From: Meyerozyma guilliermondii
Lineage: Eukaryota
NCBI GenBank assembly: GCA_051546255.1
Contig: CP128815.1
Span: forward strand, 1,302,001 to 1,366,000
Length of the DNA: 64,000 bases
Direction of reading: 5' to 3'
Positions 1 to 10,471 of the stretch are shown here, in pieces; position 1 is the first letter of the stretch, and each line of letters opens with the position of its first letter. The position numbers were made by a program, and so were the translations under genes. Under the pieces are notes generated by a model that did not search any database, was not told the DNA's origin, and was given only the letters and a program-made list of their open reading frames with translations.

Positions 1-2
1 AG

Positions 3-1013
3 AGACGTGAGGTGATAAAAGAACTTTGGCAACCCATAAACTGGTCAGAATTTGCTAGACAGTGCTCCTCTAAATTGCGGCTGCATACGGGCCCGGTTTC
101 GTTGAAATTTCTCATAGTAGTCAAAGACTGGATGTCACCATACTCTAAATGGCTCAATACCAAGTTGGAATTGAGCCTCAATAGAGAAAAGTTGGTCTAC
201 GAGAAGGAGGTGAAAGCGAAAAGGTTCAACTTGGAGGTGACAAGTCTACCTGGAAATGACTACTTGACAAAGACGTTTTTCCTGAATGCATCATTTATCT
301 TGTTTGAATGTGGTTTGGTTACGTCGAACCAACTTGACCTGTACGGAATGGATATACTTCAAAAACTTGAGGCTGATGCAAGGACACTCACCAAGATTAT
401 TCAATTGGTCGACAAGCATGCTTACTACAAAACACAACTATTGATCTTGTTTTGGGATGCTGGAGAAAATGGAATTACTATCGATAAAGTTGAAACAATA
501 TTGCAACTTTCAAAATGGAAGCAGCTTACCAACATATCCAACATTGTCCTTTGTGACATGACAGCTACCGACGTTGATGTCAATGCTGCGTTGATACGTG
601 GGTTTGACACTATGGCTCAATCTTTTGATGGCAGTCTCACTAGTAGAGGTATACGCAAGACAGCACAAGCAAACAATAATCGAAGTGTTAATTTAAGTGC
701 CATCAATGATACATTTAAGGAGCAAGAACAGAGCCTTATACAAACGGCTCATGAAGCGAGAAAGTACGATTATTTGTCCAATCACCTTAAAAAAACCAAT
801 ACCGAGCCGGTGTCCGCATCGGTCCACTCGAGCATTGCACAAGATCAAACCACATTTATGAATATGTCTCGCTTGACAGGGTTTGGTCAAGGCGTGATGG
901 AGGAGAGTACACCTATAGCTACTCCAGGCAAAACATTCACCAAGCCCAATGGAAGGAGCTTGCAACAATTACGAGATTTAACAGCGTCAGTTCGCAACAA
1001 GTACAAACATTAA
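3..1013 (+). CDS. SAC3: C-terminal part of Sac3-like mRNA export (TREX-2) scaffold, 5' end outside the window
   Basis: Frame is open from nt 3. ELWQPINW near the start, LLILFWD, and the C-terminal LQQLRDLTASVRNKY resemble the fungal Sac3 C-terminal region. Confidence 0.6.
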   Translation, partial: RREVIKELWQPINWSEFARQCSSKLRLHTGPVSLKFLIVVKDWMSPYSKWLNTKLELSLNREKLVYEKEVKAKRFNLEVTSLPGNDYLTKTFFLNASFILFECGLVTSNQLDLYGMDILQKLEADARTLTKIIQLVDKHAYYKTQLLILFWDAGENGITIDKVETILQLSKWKQLTNISNIVLCDMTATDVDVNAALIRGFDTMAQSFDGSLTSRGIRKTAQANNNRSVNLSAINDTFKEQEQSLIQTAHEARKYDYLSNHLKKTNTEPVSASVHSSIAQDQTTFMNMSRLTGFGQGVMEESTPIATPGKTFTKPNGRSLQQLRDLTASVRNKYKH

Positions 1014-1100
1014 ATTAGCATCTACGTTTCAATATCATGCATCATTATATTAATTTATCTATAAATATCCTAAACCGTTAACCCATATCATCATTGAACA

Positions 1101-1448
1101 TTAATTTCTTACCGTGGATAACCACTTTTGGTAATTTGCAAGTAAGAGATGTTCATTCGGTGAACTTTGCCCTATGGGTTCATATGACTTGGGAACAAAA
1201 CTGAGGTTTTCCAGTATCAGCAAGGGTTCGGGTTCATTGGTATAGGAATAGGCCGCGTTGCATGGGCTAGAAGGTCCGTGAGGATGCAGACAAAATAAGC
1301 ATTCGTAAAGAAATGGTTCTTCTTGATAAGTTTCCATAGGCAGCTGTGGCATGGAATTCACTTCATCTTGCATTCGACATTCTTCACAACAGTAAAGCGA
1401 GTTTTCCACCACTGGGCGTCCATGAGCTTCACAATAATCTTGAAACAT
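1101..1448 (-). CDS. ECL1: Ecl1/2/3-family chronological life-span protein (small Zn-binding)
   Basis: N-terminal F-x-x-Y-C-x-x-H...LYCCEECR-x-x-D matches the Ecl pattern, with His in place of the second Cys. Confidence 0.65.
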   Translation of the reverse strand: MFQDYCEAHGRPVVENSLYCCEECRMQDEVNSMPQLPMETYQEEPFLYECLFCLHPHGPSSPCNAAYSYTNEPEPLLILENLSFVPKSYEPIGQSSPNEHLLLANYQKWLSTVRN

Positions 1449-1642
1449 AGTGATCGGTTTGTTCGGAGATGTAAATTGAAATTTGCAGCAATAACCACCT
1501 CAAAGATTTATGATGGTATTCGCGATGTAAACAAGTATTTGCGACTATCTGGTGTTCAAATACTGATATAAACAACTGAAACGTTAAAGTTGTTTCTATG
1601 AGATAATTCTTCGATGTGAAAAACACGGCTGCAAGATCTGCT

Positions 1643-1939
1643 TATATACTTTTCCACCTGACTCATCGTGCGCACCTGTGTGCACGTGTAACCACCACAG
1701 TAACAGTGTGGAGTGTGGTGGCTCGATGCCCTGCAGAGACTTTTATTTTGGTTTTTCAGGGCAATTGTGGATCCTCACTCCACAGAACCCTCCACAAACA
1801 TCGGAAAAACCTATTATTCGGCAAATTGTGGTGGAATTCAGGGTCTTGGAACTGTGGGGTTGTATTGCCGATACGGCAGTTCCGACACGGGGTTACACGT
1901 GATCCATGAGTCGTGACTCACGGCTGGCGCGCTGAGTCA
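1643..1939. promoter_or_regulatory. ECL1/BET5 divergent promoter with TATA, Gcn4-, Cbf1- and Met31/32-type sites
   Basis: TATATA ~1643; TGACTCA 1659-1665 and 1914-1920; TGAGTCA 1933-1939; CACGTG 1683-1688; CACGTGA 1896-1902; AACTGTGG 1850-1857; further TGTGG/CCACA copies at 1695, 1763, 1780 and 1823. Confidence 0.55.
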
Positions 1940-2000
1940 ATGTTTGTCAGCGCTGACACAGTAGGTGGTGAGTATTCACGCCGCGTGGAAATTGTTGGCC

Positions 2001-2432
2001 ATGATTCACTCATTCTACATTTATGACCGCCATTGTGAATGCATTTATAGCCGTGATTATGTCGAAGGCACAATAAACAAGAATAATGATTCTGATACGT
2101 CCAAGTTGCTTTTCGGGATCTTGTATTCTTTGAAAAACATCGCATCGAAACTCGGTGATTCGGAGTCATTTTCCAACAGCATGAAATCGTTTGCCACCGG
2201 CGGAATGCGAGTACATATGATGGAGCTGGCTACCGGCTTGCGATTTATACTTGTTTCTGGCTTGGAAGTGGACAATCTTCAAGGGGTTTTACATGAACTT
2301 TACACAAGTCACTATCTAAAATGGGTAGTATATAATGGGTTGAGTCCAGTAGAGATGAAAAGTCAGAAGATTGGAGGCATGTTTATTAGTGAGACGGACA
2401 AGTATTTGCAAGCTGTTAGCTCTTCGATGTAG
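2001..2432 (+). CDS. BET5: TRAPP complex subunit Bet5 (sybindin/longin)
   Basis: MIHSFYIYDRHCECIY...KLLFGILYSLKNI...TGLRFIL; first ATG at 2001. Confidence 0.9.
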   Translation: MIHSFYIYDRHCECIYSRDYVEGTINKNNDSDTSKLLFGILYSLKNIASKLGDSESFSNSMKSFATGGMRVHMMELATGLRFILVSGLEVDNLQGVLHELYTSHYLKWVVYNGLSPVEMKSQKIGGMFISETDKYLQAVSSSM

Positions 2433-2824
2433 CTGGCTACTGAAAGCGACAGCAAGCTCTGATTAATTGAAGTTAGACTTTTCAACTCGTCCAATGAAGA
2501 CACCGGCTCCCTGAGTCGGAAGCACGTCTCTGGATTCGGAAATGAAGGTTTTTGTCCAGCTGAACTTTTAGTCAATTCTAATCTTTGTCTCTGATTCACC
2601 TGCACTGAAATTATTTATAGCATATCGGCATTTATTCACAAACAAATTAATCAGGTATTCGATAGCATCTTCAACGACTCCAAACATCTCTTTAAGTTAT
2701 AGGACCACACCTTTTTCGTCATTTAGTCTCTGCTTCTTCGTCTGTTTGTTAGACTGAAAATTTGTCCTGCACAAACACGAAACCTCCTCAATTTCAACAT
2801 CGTCTGTTGATTGTTGCCAACACC

Positions 2825-4161
2825 ATGGATCTCCTTAAAGACGCAGCCAAGAACCTCAACTTGTACGAGGTGAAGGCGTATGTTCGGAAAGCACAGAATG
2901 GTACGTGGTCAGACTTTTAGTCTACTTTAAGCAACTTTTGATAACTAACTCAGTCGCCTTGAACTTGACGGAAATGGAGGCAAAGGTCCGGGAAGCCACC
3001 AATAACGAACCATGGGGTGCACCATCGACTCTAATGGCCCAGATCGCCAGCGGCACCTATAACTATCGTGAAAGAGAAGAAATCATCTCGTTCATTTTTC
3101 GAAGATTTACCGAAAAAGCCGCCAATGAATGGCGTCAAATTTACAAGTCGCTCCAGTTGCTCGACTATTTGATCAAAAACGGGTCGGAGAGACTCATTGA
3201 CGATGTGCGCTCGAACGTTTCGATCATACAAATGCTCAAACTGTTCCATTATATTGATTCCAAGGGCCGCGATCAAGGTATCAACGTTCGCAACAGGGCC
3301 AAGAATTTGGTGAACTTTATCAATGACGATGCCCAAGTCCGTGCCGAGCGTAAGAAGGCTCGTGCTAACGCCAAGAAGTTCGGCGGTGTTTCATCGGCGG
3401 CATTTGGTGGAGCTTCGTCTATTACCACCGGCCCCAGCTACGGTGCCGATGATGACTTTACCAACCGTGTGTACGGCGACGGTGGAGTGTACGGCGAACG
3501 GTACGAGGATTCCGCCGCCGGATTCACAAACGGAGATAACGACAACTTTGAAGAATACGAAGTTGGTACGTCGGCCGCTTCAAATGCCGCTAGCAAGCCC
3601 ACCACCAGTCCTTCAAAGGTCAACGCTACGGCAAAACACCAACCCAAGGAGCCATCTCCCGACTTGTTGGGAGACCTTTTGGGCGGATCTACATCTACAT
3701 CAGCAAATGCTGCACCCTCTGGTACGGCTGGAGGTAACGATGATGATGACGATGAGTTTGATGATTTCCAAGCTGCACCTTCGCAGCCAAAACTGAACAT
3801 TTCAAACTTGGCCGATCTTTACAATACACACCCCCAACAGCCCATGGGTTTTGGAGGGTCACAAGCCAATTTCAACATGGGTGGTTCTGCAGCACAGCAA
3901 CAGCCAAATTACAACGGCACGTCGTCGTCGTCGTCTGCGGCGCCCATTTCCGTCCCTAAAACGAACAATGATGCATTTTCCTCGTTGTTTTCCACTGCAA
4001 AATCTGCAAAGCCAAAGACATCGACAAACTCCGCCAAACCCACCCCACCTCCAAAACCATCGCAAGAAGATAGTTTTGGAGATTTTTCATCGAGCACCAG
4101 CAAGCCAAATCCAAACCAGACACTGTCCAACAATGGCGAGATAGACTTACTTAGCTTTTAA
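2825..4161 (+). CDS. ENT3: Epsin-related ENTH protein Ent3, exons 2825-2900 and 2954-4161
   Basis: The spliced product reads LYEVKAYVRKAQN-V-ALNLTEMEAKVREATNNEPWGA. It has an ENTH domain, a DEFDDFQ motif and C-terminal DLLSF. Confidence 0.92.
2901..2953 (+). other. Spliceosomal intron of ENT3 (53 nt)
   Basis: GTACGT donor, AACTAAC branch and CAG acceptor; splicing restores the frame. Confidence 0.9.
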
Positions 4162-4268
4162 ATTATGTATCTAAAGTATGTTTCTGTAGCAGTACTTTTT
4201 AGCCAGTAATGGCTCGCACCCGCACTACATATAGTCTCAATTTTCGTCGCAAACTCCAACTTTTCATC

Positions 4269-4820
4269 ATGTTTAAAACCATTGGATCTACCGCTAGACA
4301 TTTCTCTACCACCTCCAGAGTGTTGAGAACCAAAGTGTTCATCACCCCTTCCATTGGTGGCCAGCTTCAGTCTCCAATCAAATTCGAATTATATGACGAT
4401 GTTGTTCCCAAAACTGCCGAGAACTTTAGAGCCTTGTGTACTGGCGAAAAGGGTTTCGGATACAATGGTTCTATTTTCCACAGAGTTATCCCAAGCTTCA
4501 TGTTGCAAGGTGGAGATTTTGAGACCGGAAAAGGTTACGGAGGAAAATCAATTTACGGTAAAAAATTTGAAGATGAAAACTTCAACATCAGACACACCAA
4601 GCCTGGCTTGTTGAGTATGGCCAATGCCGGACCCAACACCAATGGATCGCAATTTTTCATCACCACTGTTCCATGTCCATGGTTGGATGGAAAGCATGTA
4701 GTTTTTGGTGAGGTTATTGAAGGTATGGACACCGTCAAGAAGATCGAAGGTGTTGGATCAAACGGTGGTCAAACCAGAGCTCCTGTCGTTATCGAGGACT
4801 GCGGTGAAGCCAAGGACTAA
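4269..4820 (+). CDS. CPR3: Mitochondrial cyclophilin (peptidyl-prolyl isomerase)
   Basis: Presequence [51 protein letters not shown] and [10 protein letters not shown] motifs. Confidence 0.92.
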   Translation: MFKTIGSTARHFSTTSRVLRTKVFITPSIGGQLQSPIKFELYDDVVPKTAENFRALCTGEKGFGYNGSIFHRVIPSFMLQGGDFETGKGYGGKSIYGKKFEDENFNIRHTKPGLLSMANAGPNTNGSQFFITTVPCPWLDGKHVVFGEVIEGMDTVKKIEGVGSNGGQTRAPVVIEDCGEAKD

Positions 4821-4894
4821 GGTTCTTGTGGACCACACTATACATAGTTACATTGGTCACTTTTACATAGTTTATGCATTGAGTGATGCTAGAT

Positions 4895-5644
4895 CTAAAT
4901 CTTCAAGTTGGGGTTCACCTCCGGTTTTGGAATCACATCTTTGGGCAATTTCTTCTTCAACTCGGCCAACTTGTCGTAATCTCCACCCAAGATTCTGGCC
5001 ACCACCAAATCATCTCTGTCTCTGATTTCTCTTTGTGACTTACCCTCATCACTCAAGAATTGCTTAGCCTTTTCGGTGTCTCCATGGAAGTAGTCTTCCA
5101 TTGCTCTCAAACGCAACTCCTTTTCGGCCCAGTCGGGTCCATCGAGCTCTCTTCTGCGCATCAGAGCCGTGTATTTAGAGTATGCCACATAGGCAAAGAT
5201 GGGCAACACCAAGTAGAAGTAAGGGAATTCCCAACCCTCAGCCTTCTCTGTTTCTCTCACTATTTTCCACTTTAATTCTCCAGTGGTGTCGTCTTTGTAT
5301 GGTATCTTGTCGATGATCTTTCCAGCATCTTTGGTGACAAATTGAAAGTTCTTTAAGTCCTGACTATTATCTTTGTACAAGTTCAATTGCTCTCTTGGGA
5401 TTCCTGGGAGAATAAAGTTCCACTCAGAATGATTTCTCTGGTAGTATAAGTTCTGAAGTTCGGCAATAGTCTTGAATTCTTGGTCGCTGGGTACACGAGG
5501 AGTGCCGTCAGGGTTAGTGTAGATTTTGGTGACCGAAGACAAAGAGTCCAACTTTTGGCGTATATCTTGCTCCAACTGGTAATTGAACTTCGCAGGCTTA
5601 AACTTGAACAAAGCTCCCAAGGGGGACTTGAAGGTAAACCTCAT
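4895..5644 (-). CDS. Probable complex I accessory subunit, ESSS/NDUFB11 (NESM-like)
   Basis: Basic presequence, then EGWE, one hydrophobic helix and WAEKELRLRA, the ESSS-family pattern. Confidence 0.65.
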   Translation of the reverse strand: MRFTFKSPLGALFKFKPAKFNYQLEQDIRQKLDSLSSVTKIYTNPDGTPRVPSDQEFKTIAELQNLYYQRNHSEWNFILPGIPREQLNLYKDNSQDLKNFQFVTKDAGKIIDKIPYKDDTTGELKWKIVRETEKAEGWEFPYFYLVLPIFAYVAYSKYTALMRRRELDGPDWAEKELRLRAMEDYFHGDTEKAKQFLSDEGKSQREIRDRDDLVVARILGGDYDKLAELKKKLPKDVIPKPEVNPNLKI

Positions 5645-5880
5645 GTTTGATGGTTGTAGGTAATCGTTCTTTTGAAATTATTTTTATTGGCGGACGTGTA
5701 AACCCAAACACCCTCACATAGGGCAAGTGGGTCGGAGATATGTTGTCTATGTATGCTAATTATGGCTGATAAGTAAGAAATGACTCCGAATCTACTCAGA
5801 GTAGTATTGGGGTGGGCCGTGAGTTGTGTTGGCCTGTATTGTGTTGGCTTGAAATTTTGATTTTCCTACTAATCTCTTTC

Positions 5881-6510
5881 TCACCCAAACTTTCCAAACC
5901 CCATAGTTGCCAGTATTTCGTCGTCTTCGGAAACGGATTTCTTTCTCTTCCTTTCACGACGCTTATCTCGCCTCTTTTTCACTTGTTTTTCTTCAAACTG
6001 TCGTCTTTTTTCTATTCTGTCTTCAAGAGTTTGTTGCGGCTCATCGGCTGCAAGTTGCTGTTGAACCAACTTTTCAATTGTAGCTCTTACTTCCTCCACA
6101 GTAGCACGCTTTACTCCGTCGATCTCGGGACGCTCCTCGTCACCTTCGAACTTTGTTTCAGCCTTTACTTTGTTCAAATGTTGAGGTGAATTGAGATGGT
6201 TAATCAACCCCAAATTATCACGATAACTCAAATCACAGATTGGACATAAGAAACCAAACTTTTTCTGTTTGCCGTAGTTAGCCAAGGGATTGACAATAGT
6301 AAACTTGTTAACTGCCCTGGTCAGTTGAAGGTATACATCTTGTCTATGATTTAAATATGATTCTGATTTATCTGTTTCTATTCGTGGTCCAGCTACCTCT
6401 TTTTTGTCGTTATTTTTCTTCCTACGCTTCGATTCTGCAGCATACGCTTCTATATCCCACTTTTTTCTTCCATACTGATCCACAGACACTTTTTCATTAT
6501 CGTCTGCCAT
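5881..6510 (-). CDS. SNU23: U4/U6.U5 snRNP zinc-finger protein Snu23
   Basis: GRKKWD, GFLCPICDLSYRDNLGLINHLNSPQH and C-terminal MGFGKFG; first ATG at 6510. Confidence 0.88.
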   Translation of the reverse strand: MADDNEKVSVDQYGRKKWDIEAYAAESKRRKKNNDKKEVAGPRIETDKSESYLNHRQDVYLQLTRAVNKFTIVNPLANYGKQKKFGFLCPICDLSYRDNLGLINHLNSPQHLNKVKAETKFEGDEERPEIDGVKRATVEEVRATIEKLVQQQLAADEPQQTLEDRIEKRRQFEEKQVKKRRDKRRERKRKKSVSEDDEILATMGFGKFG

Positions 6511-6567
6511 CCCAAGTAAATAATGAGCATCGCACCAACTTGCTGAAATTATATATACACGACACAA

Positions 6568-7323
6568 ATGTCCAAAGATGTGCTTTCTATGTTAGGGAAA
6601 AGGGCTCAGCCAAAGCCCAAGGTATCAAAGCCAGCAAATGACCAACACCTATCAAAAAAAAGTCAAAACGTACTGTCAACAAGTTTTACTAGTAATAGTT
6701 TTCCCTTCCAATGGAAGGTGACAGGAACTCATCTCATAACAAATATACCGAAAACCAATTTTCTCGAAGAAAAACCATTGAAAATAGCTGCATTTGACTT
6801 AGATGGGACCATGATCACCACCAAATCTGGCATGAGTTTTGCTCGTGGCGCAGATGATTGGCAATGGTTTGTCTCTACCGTACCCCACAAATTGAAACTG
6901 CTCCACCAAGAAGACTACAATATTGCCATTTTCACCAACCAGGGTGCTGTGGTTGCAGGGAATGGTCCCAAAAGTAAATCTTACCACAACTTTTGCACAA
7001 AAGTCAACCTGATCCAGCAGCAATTGATAGCACTCGAAAGTCAAATGAAGATAATGGTATTTGCATCTCCTAAAAAACCAGCAAATGCAAAGCTGATATC
7101 CAGCTCAAACCTTCACGAAACCATGCGTAAACCTCAAATCGGAATGTGGGAGGCATTCGAAAAGTATGTCACATCGCAAGGTGCTACAATTGATAAAGAC
7201 CACAGCTTTTTCGTCGGCGATGCTGCTGGCCGCAAAGCTGATTTCCTGGACAGCGACAAGCAATTCGCCAGTAATATTGGCATAAAGTTCTATGTACCGG
7301 AGGACTTTTGGACGTCCGTCTAA
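6568..7323 (+). CDS. TPP1: DNA 3'-phosphatase (HAD family, no kinase domain)
   Basis: AAFDLDGT, IFTNQG, RKPQIGMW, FVGDAAGR and DSD..FA motifs. Confidence 0.88.
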   Translation: MSKDVLSMLGKRAQPKPKVSKPANDQHLSKKSQNVLSTSFTSNSFPFQWKVTGTHLITNIPKTNFLEEKPLKIAAFDLDGTMITTKSGMSFARGADDWQWFVSTVPHKLKLLHQEDYNIAIFTNQGAVVAGNGPKSKSYHNFCTKVNLIQQQLIALESQMKIMVFASPKKPANAKLISSSNLHETMRKPQIGMWEAFEKYVTSQGATIDKDHSFFVGDAAGRKADFLDSDKQFASNIGIKFYVPEDFWTSV

Positions 7324-7324
7324 T

Positions 7325-8119
7325 CTATATATCTTGGAGGACGATCTCCTTCAACTTATCGTCCATTTCATCGGAGCGAGCAACGATAGTTTTCACCTTG
7401 TCTACCGTTTCGAAGTATCCTACGACGTTTTCCATCTTGTGAGTTGCTTCTGGACCCTTTGCATTTTTGAGCTCGTTGAGCATATCATAATGCAACACAA
7501 GACACTTTTCCACATCAGCAATGTCATTTTCAAACTTGATCGCCTCATCAGTGGTCTGCGGATAGTTTTTGACTAAAAAGTTGGTGTCAAACGTTCCGCT
7601 TCTCGTGTTCAAAAACAATTGCACTTCTTCCTTAATCAACGCAGTTATGAGACCTTTTGGATATGGCTTGTTTGTGGCCTGCAAATCCTGAAGCAAGAAC
7701 GAGTATCTCCTACTTTCGTCTTCGATCTCTTGCTTGACAAGTTCTTGAGGATCAATCACTTTTACTTGTCTTCCAGAAGCCTCCAAGCGCAGTTTGATCT
7801 TTTCAACCGATTCGTCTAGATGGACATAAGGAATGACATAGAAGCTATAATGCGAGCTTTTATCACCTTCTATCAACCTACTACGAATTTTCAAGCCAGT
7901 GCGTTCCTCATATGCCTTTAACTCCGCTTCACTGGCAAATGTCTTGTCCTGCCTTTTGACTTGAGTGGTAGCTGCCCACAAGACTCCAGTAGACAAGATT
8001 GAAACATAAAAAAGGTACCTGACTTTAGGTGCAGACTCTCCTGCCTGCTGGGCATACAGACGAGCGCTCTGGCGAAATTGCCTGGGAATGGCTCTGGCTA
8101 ATCTGGTAGCTCGAAACAT
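7325..8119 (-). CDS. AIM36: Mitochondrial adenylate-kinase-fold protein Aim36-like
   Basis: Presequence, one TM segment and ADK-like NYPQTTDEAIKFENDI. Confidence 0.7.
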   Translation of the reverse strand: MFRATRLARAIPRQFRQSARLYAQQAGESAPKVRYLFYVSILSTGVLWAATTQVKRQDKTFASEAELKAYEERTGLKIRSRLIEGDKSSHYSFYVIPYVHLDESVEKIKLRLEASGRQVKVIDPQELVKQEIEDESRRYSFLLQDLQATNKPYPKGLITALIKEEVQLFLNTRSGTFDTNFLVKNYPQTTDEAIKFENDIADVEKCLVLHYDMLNELKNAKGPEATHKMENVVGYFETVDKVKTIVARSDEMDDKLKEIVLQDI

Positions 8120-8392
8120 GAAGCGAATGGTCCGATCAATGCCGGAAGTAAGACGGGTGCACGGGTGTAAAGATTCAAGATGGAGGAACAGGAAAGATCA
8201 CACAAAAAAGAGGATTTGGAAGCAAATAACAAAAACCTACTAATTCAGCGCAGAACAATAAACGCCAATAGAAACCATTGGAGTCAATTGGTCAATTTTC
8301 GAAATTTATAGTTACTGTCTTCTCAACCTCCACTTTTTCCTTTCTGCAGTACCTATATCGCGACAAAAATCTTTCACTTCGATTGCACAATC

Positions 8393-8863
8393 ATGTCGTA
8401 CGTCCATTTGGCACACTTGTGTAGCCATATAAAGAACTGTACAAACGTACGGGCGGCCACCACATCAATCCCCTTTAGTCGATTACACCTCCAAATAGCA
8501 CTCGGCTTGTATAGAGAGGGGTTTATATCGTCGGTGCAAAAAGGTTCAACATCGGGCCCCGACCAATATCCCGTCGATGTCACTCCAGACAACATAGCAA
8601 CAAGAAGATTGTGGCTTGGACTCAAATACCGCAACAACCAGTCGGTAATCCGCAACTTTTCGTTGATTCTGAAACCTAGTAGAAAGGTCAACTTGACAGC
8701 GACCGAAGTGAAGGCATTGGCATCTGGTCTCGCCGTACGGTTCATCAAGCCATTACAACCGGCCGAAAGCATATTCATCAAGACGGGGGACAAGCAGATT
8801 TTGGAGATCCAGGAGGCTGCCAAGAAGAATTTAAAAGGAACGGCTTTGTGTCGTATCAAATGA
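8393..8863 (+). CDS. MRPS8: Mitochondrial ribosomal protein uS8m
   Basis: LAHLCSHIKN, LYREGFISSVQKGS and NIATRRLWLGLKY. Confidence 0.92.
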   Translation: MSYVHLAHLCSHIKNCTNVRAATTSIPFSRLHLQIALGLYREGFISSVQKGSTSGPDQYPVDVTPDNIATRRLWLGLKYRNNQSVIRNFSLILKPSRKVNLTATEVKALASGLAVRFIKPLQPAESIFIKTGDKQILEIQEAAKKNLKGTALCRIK

Positions 8864-8871
8864 TGTAAATA
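8864..8871 (+). promoter_or_regulatory. Puf3-type 3'UTR element TGTAAATA
   Basis: Lies directly after the MRPS8 stop codon and matches UGUAHAUA. Confidence 0.55.
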
Positions 8872-8913
8872 GTAATGCATACCTACAGTAACTAGGAACT
8901 ACAATTGTCTAGG

Positions 8914-9630
8914 CTACAATGATATCTTTTGGCCATTGGTCCATGGCGTCATGTCCACCTGCCATCCTTTCCATGCTAATAATCGTTCTCTGAAATCATC
9001 TGTGGTGACTGCATTTATATCCTCTTTTGATGCCGAAGCAAACTTATTGGTGGTAATTACCGGTTTCGCAGGATAATACTTGGGGGTTTCGGGAAGTTTA
9101 GCAGTGCCTCCAGCGGCAAGTTTCTTTTCAAGCTCATTAATCTTATCTTTGAGATCCATTCGATCGAGTTTCAAGTCGGTGATCTCATCACGAAGTTTAT
9201 TGATTGTTGCTTTTTGCTGCTCAATTGTAGCCTTTAATGATGGCACCTCAGAGCTGGGATCAGCAGATTCAGTATTCGTCTTATCATCACTCATGCTTAT
9301 TGCTGCTTGTTTGTTATCGGCGTTTTGTACAGTGTCAGATACAGAGGGTAAATCAACTTTAGGCTCCAGACCTTGGGATTCTGTCTCTTTAGGAGCATCC
9401 AATGAAGCTGATTCCGAGTTTGCTTCCTTAACTGCCACGTCTTTGTCTTCTGTTTCTACAGCATCTGGTGTGGGAGAGTCAGCTTTGTCGTCATCCTTCT
9501 TCTTCTTTTTTCCTTTCTTTTTTTTTTTCTTCATCTCTTCAAACTTCTTACGCGCAGCCTCAAGTCTATCCTCCTTCGACAATTCGTCATCTTGCGTTTC
9601 GGTTTCACGTTCCTCTTCTTTATCAGACAT
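8914..9630 (-). CDS. BUG1: Golgin-like coiled-coil protein Bug1 (Grh1/Uso1 binder)
   Basis: N-terminal RLEAARKKFEEMKKKKKK, a coiled coil, and C-terminal WKGWQVDMTPW as in Bug1. Confidence 0.75.
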   Translation of the reverse strand: MSDKEEERETETQDDELSKEDRLEAARKKFEEMKKKKKKGKKKKKDDDKADSPTPDAVETEDKDVAVKEANSESASLDAPKETESQGLEPKVDLPSVSDTVQNADNKQAAISMSDDKTNTESADPSSEVPSLKATIEQQKATINKLRDEITDLKLDRMDLKDKINELEKKLAAGGTAKLPETPKYYPAKPVITTNKFASASKEDINAVTTDDFRERLLAWKGWQVDMTPWTNGQKISL

Positions 9631-10230
9631 AGTTGTGATGTCGGCGATTCTGAGATTGGCTTATGTACAAGACCAAAATCACCTGACTTGTAGCACGAGA
9701 ACTTGGTGTGCATAATTAAGCGGATAAATCAATTACGAAGAAACAAAGACAGAAAATTTTTTGGTCTAAAATAATAATGCTGGTATGCATGGTGCTGCAG
9801 CTCATGCAAAATCTTTAGTCCAATTACAATGAACTGCAATATTTTCGAGAAATAATTAACAATAATGAAGATTTACCAGCGTATTCCAGCAAAGCATCGA
9901 GTCTAAAATTAAAGAAATCTTGATTGTAGCTTCAGTTTCGTCTCTCATGGTTCATTTCTCGTACTTGACGTAGATCCTGATGTAGATCCTGACGTATGTG
10001 TCAATTGTGCATCCGCACGGCGCAGGGCTACTATAGTCGTGATTTTTAAGTGACATGCACAAAATTATCCGTCTTAGTTGAGCGCATTTTCGGCTGCGAA
10101 ATACTATTAAGCCTCAAAAAAGCCTCAACGTGTTCACCTACACCCCACCACTCAACGATATACCAAAGCCTCGCCGTTGGCAGATACCTGTCATTGAAAA
10201 TATTTGATCACTTGCATGGAGTTTAGGCAC

Positions 10231-10363
10231 TAACCACAGCGGTCAATGCACCTTACCCCCGGAAGTCATGGAGTTAACCGTGTCCAAGTCACGTGCGATA
10301 TCGCTTATAGTGGGTTGTGCAGCACCGGAACTGGCTCATCTGTCATCCGCACCTTGGTGGTTA
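10231..10363. promoter_or_regulatory. Candidate zinc-responsive (Zap1/Csr1) elements upstream of ZRT2
   Basis: ACCTTGGTGGTTA 10351-10363; TAACCACAGCGGT 10231-10243 (reverse complement ACCGCTGTGGTTA); also GTCACGTG 10288-10295. Confidence 0.6.
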
Positions 10364-10471
10364 ATGCGATAATAAAAAAAAAGCCTTTCTATTATTCGAT
10401 ATTTAAGAGGGGCTTATTTCTTGCATTTTACATAAATTGGCATAAACTGGAGCACTGTGAATAATTTCAAG

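Noticed and set aside
1965..2000. N-terminal extensions in the ORF track (BET5, CPR3, IMP1, GRH1, UBC8, DPB3, SNU23, MED17, ENT3)
   Set aside because: They arise from GTG/TTG starts, upstream ATGs or reading through introns; homology begins at the downstream or spliced ATG.
2493..2563. C/D snoRNA-like boxes (ATGAAGA...CTGA...CTGA) after BET5
   Set aside because: The C box is imperfect, there is no clear terminal stem, and I could not recognise rRNA complementarity.
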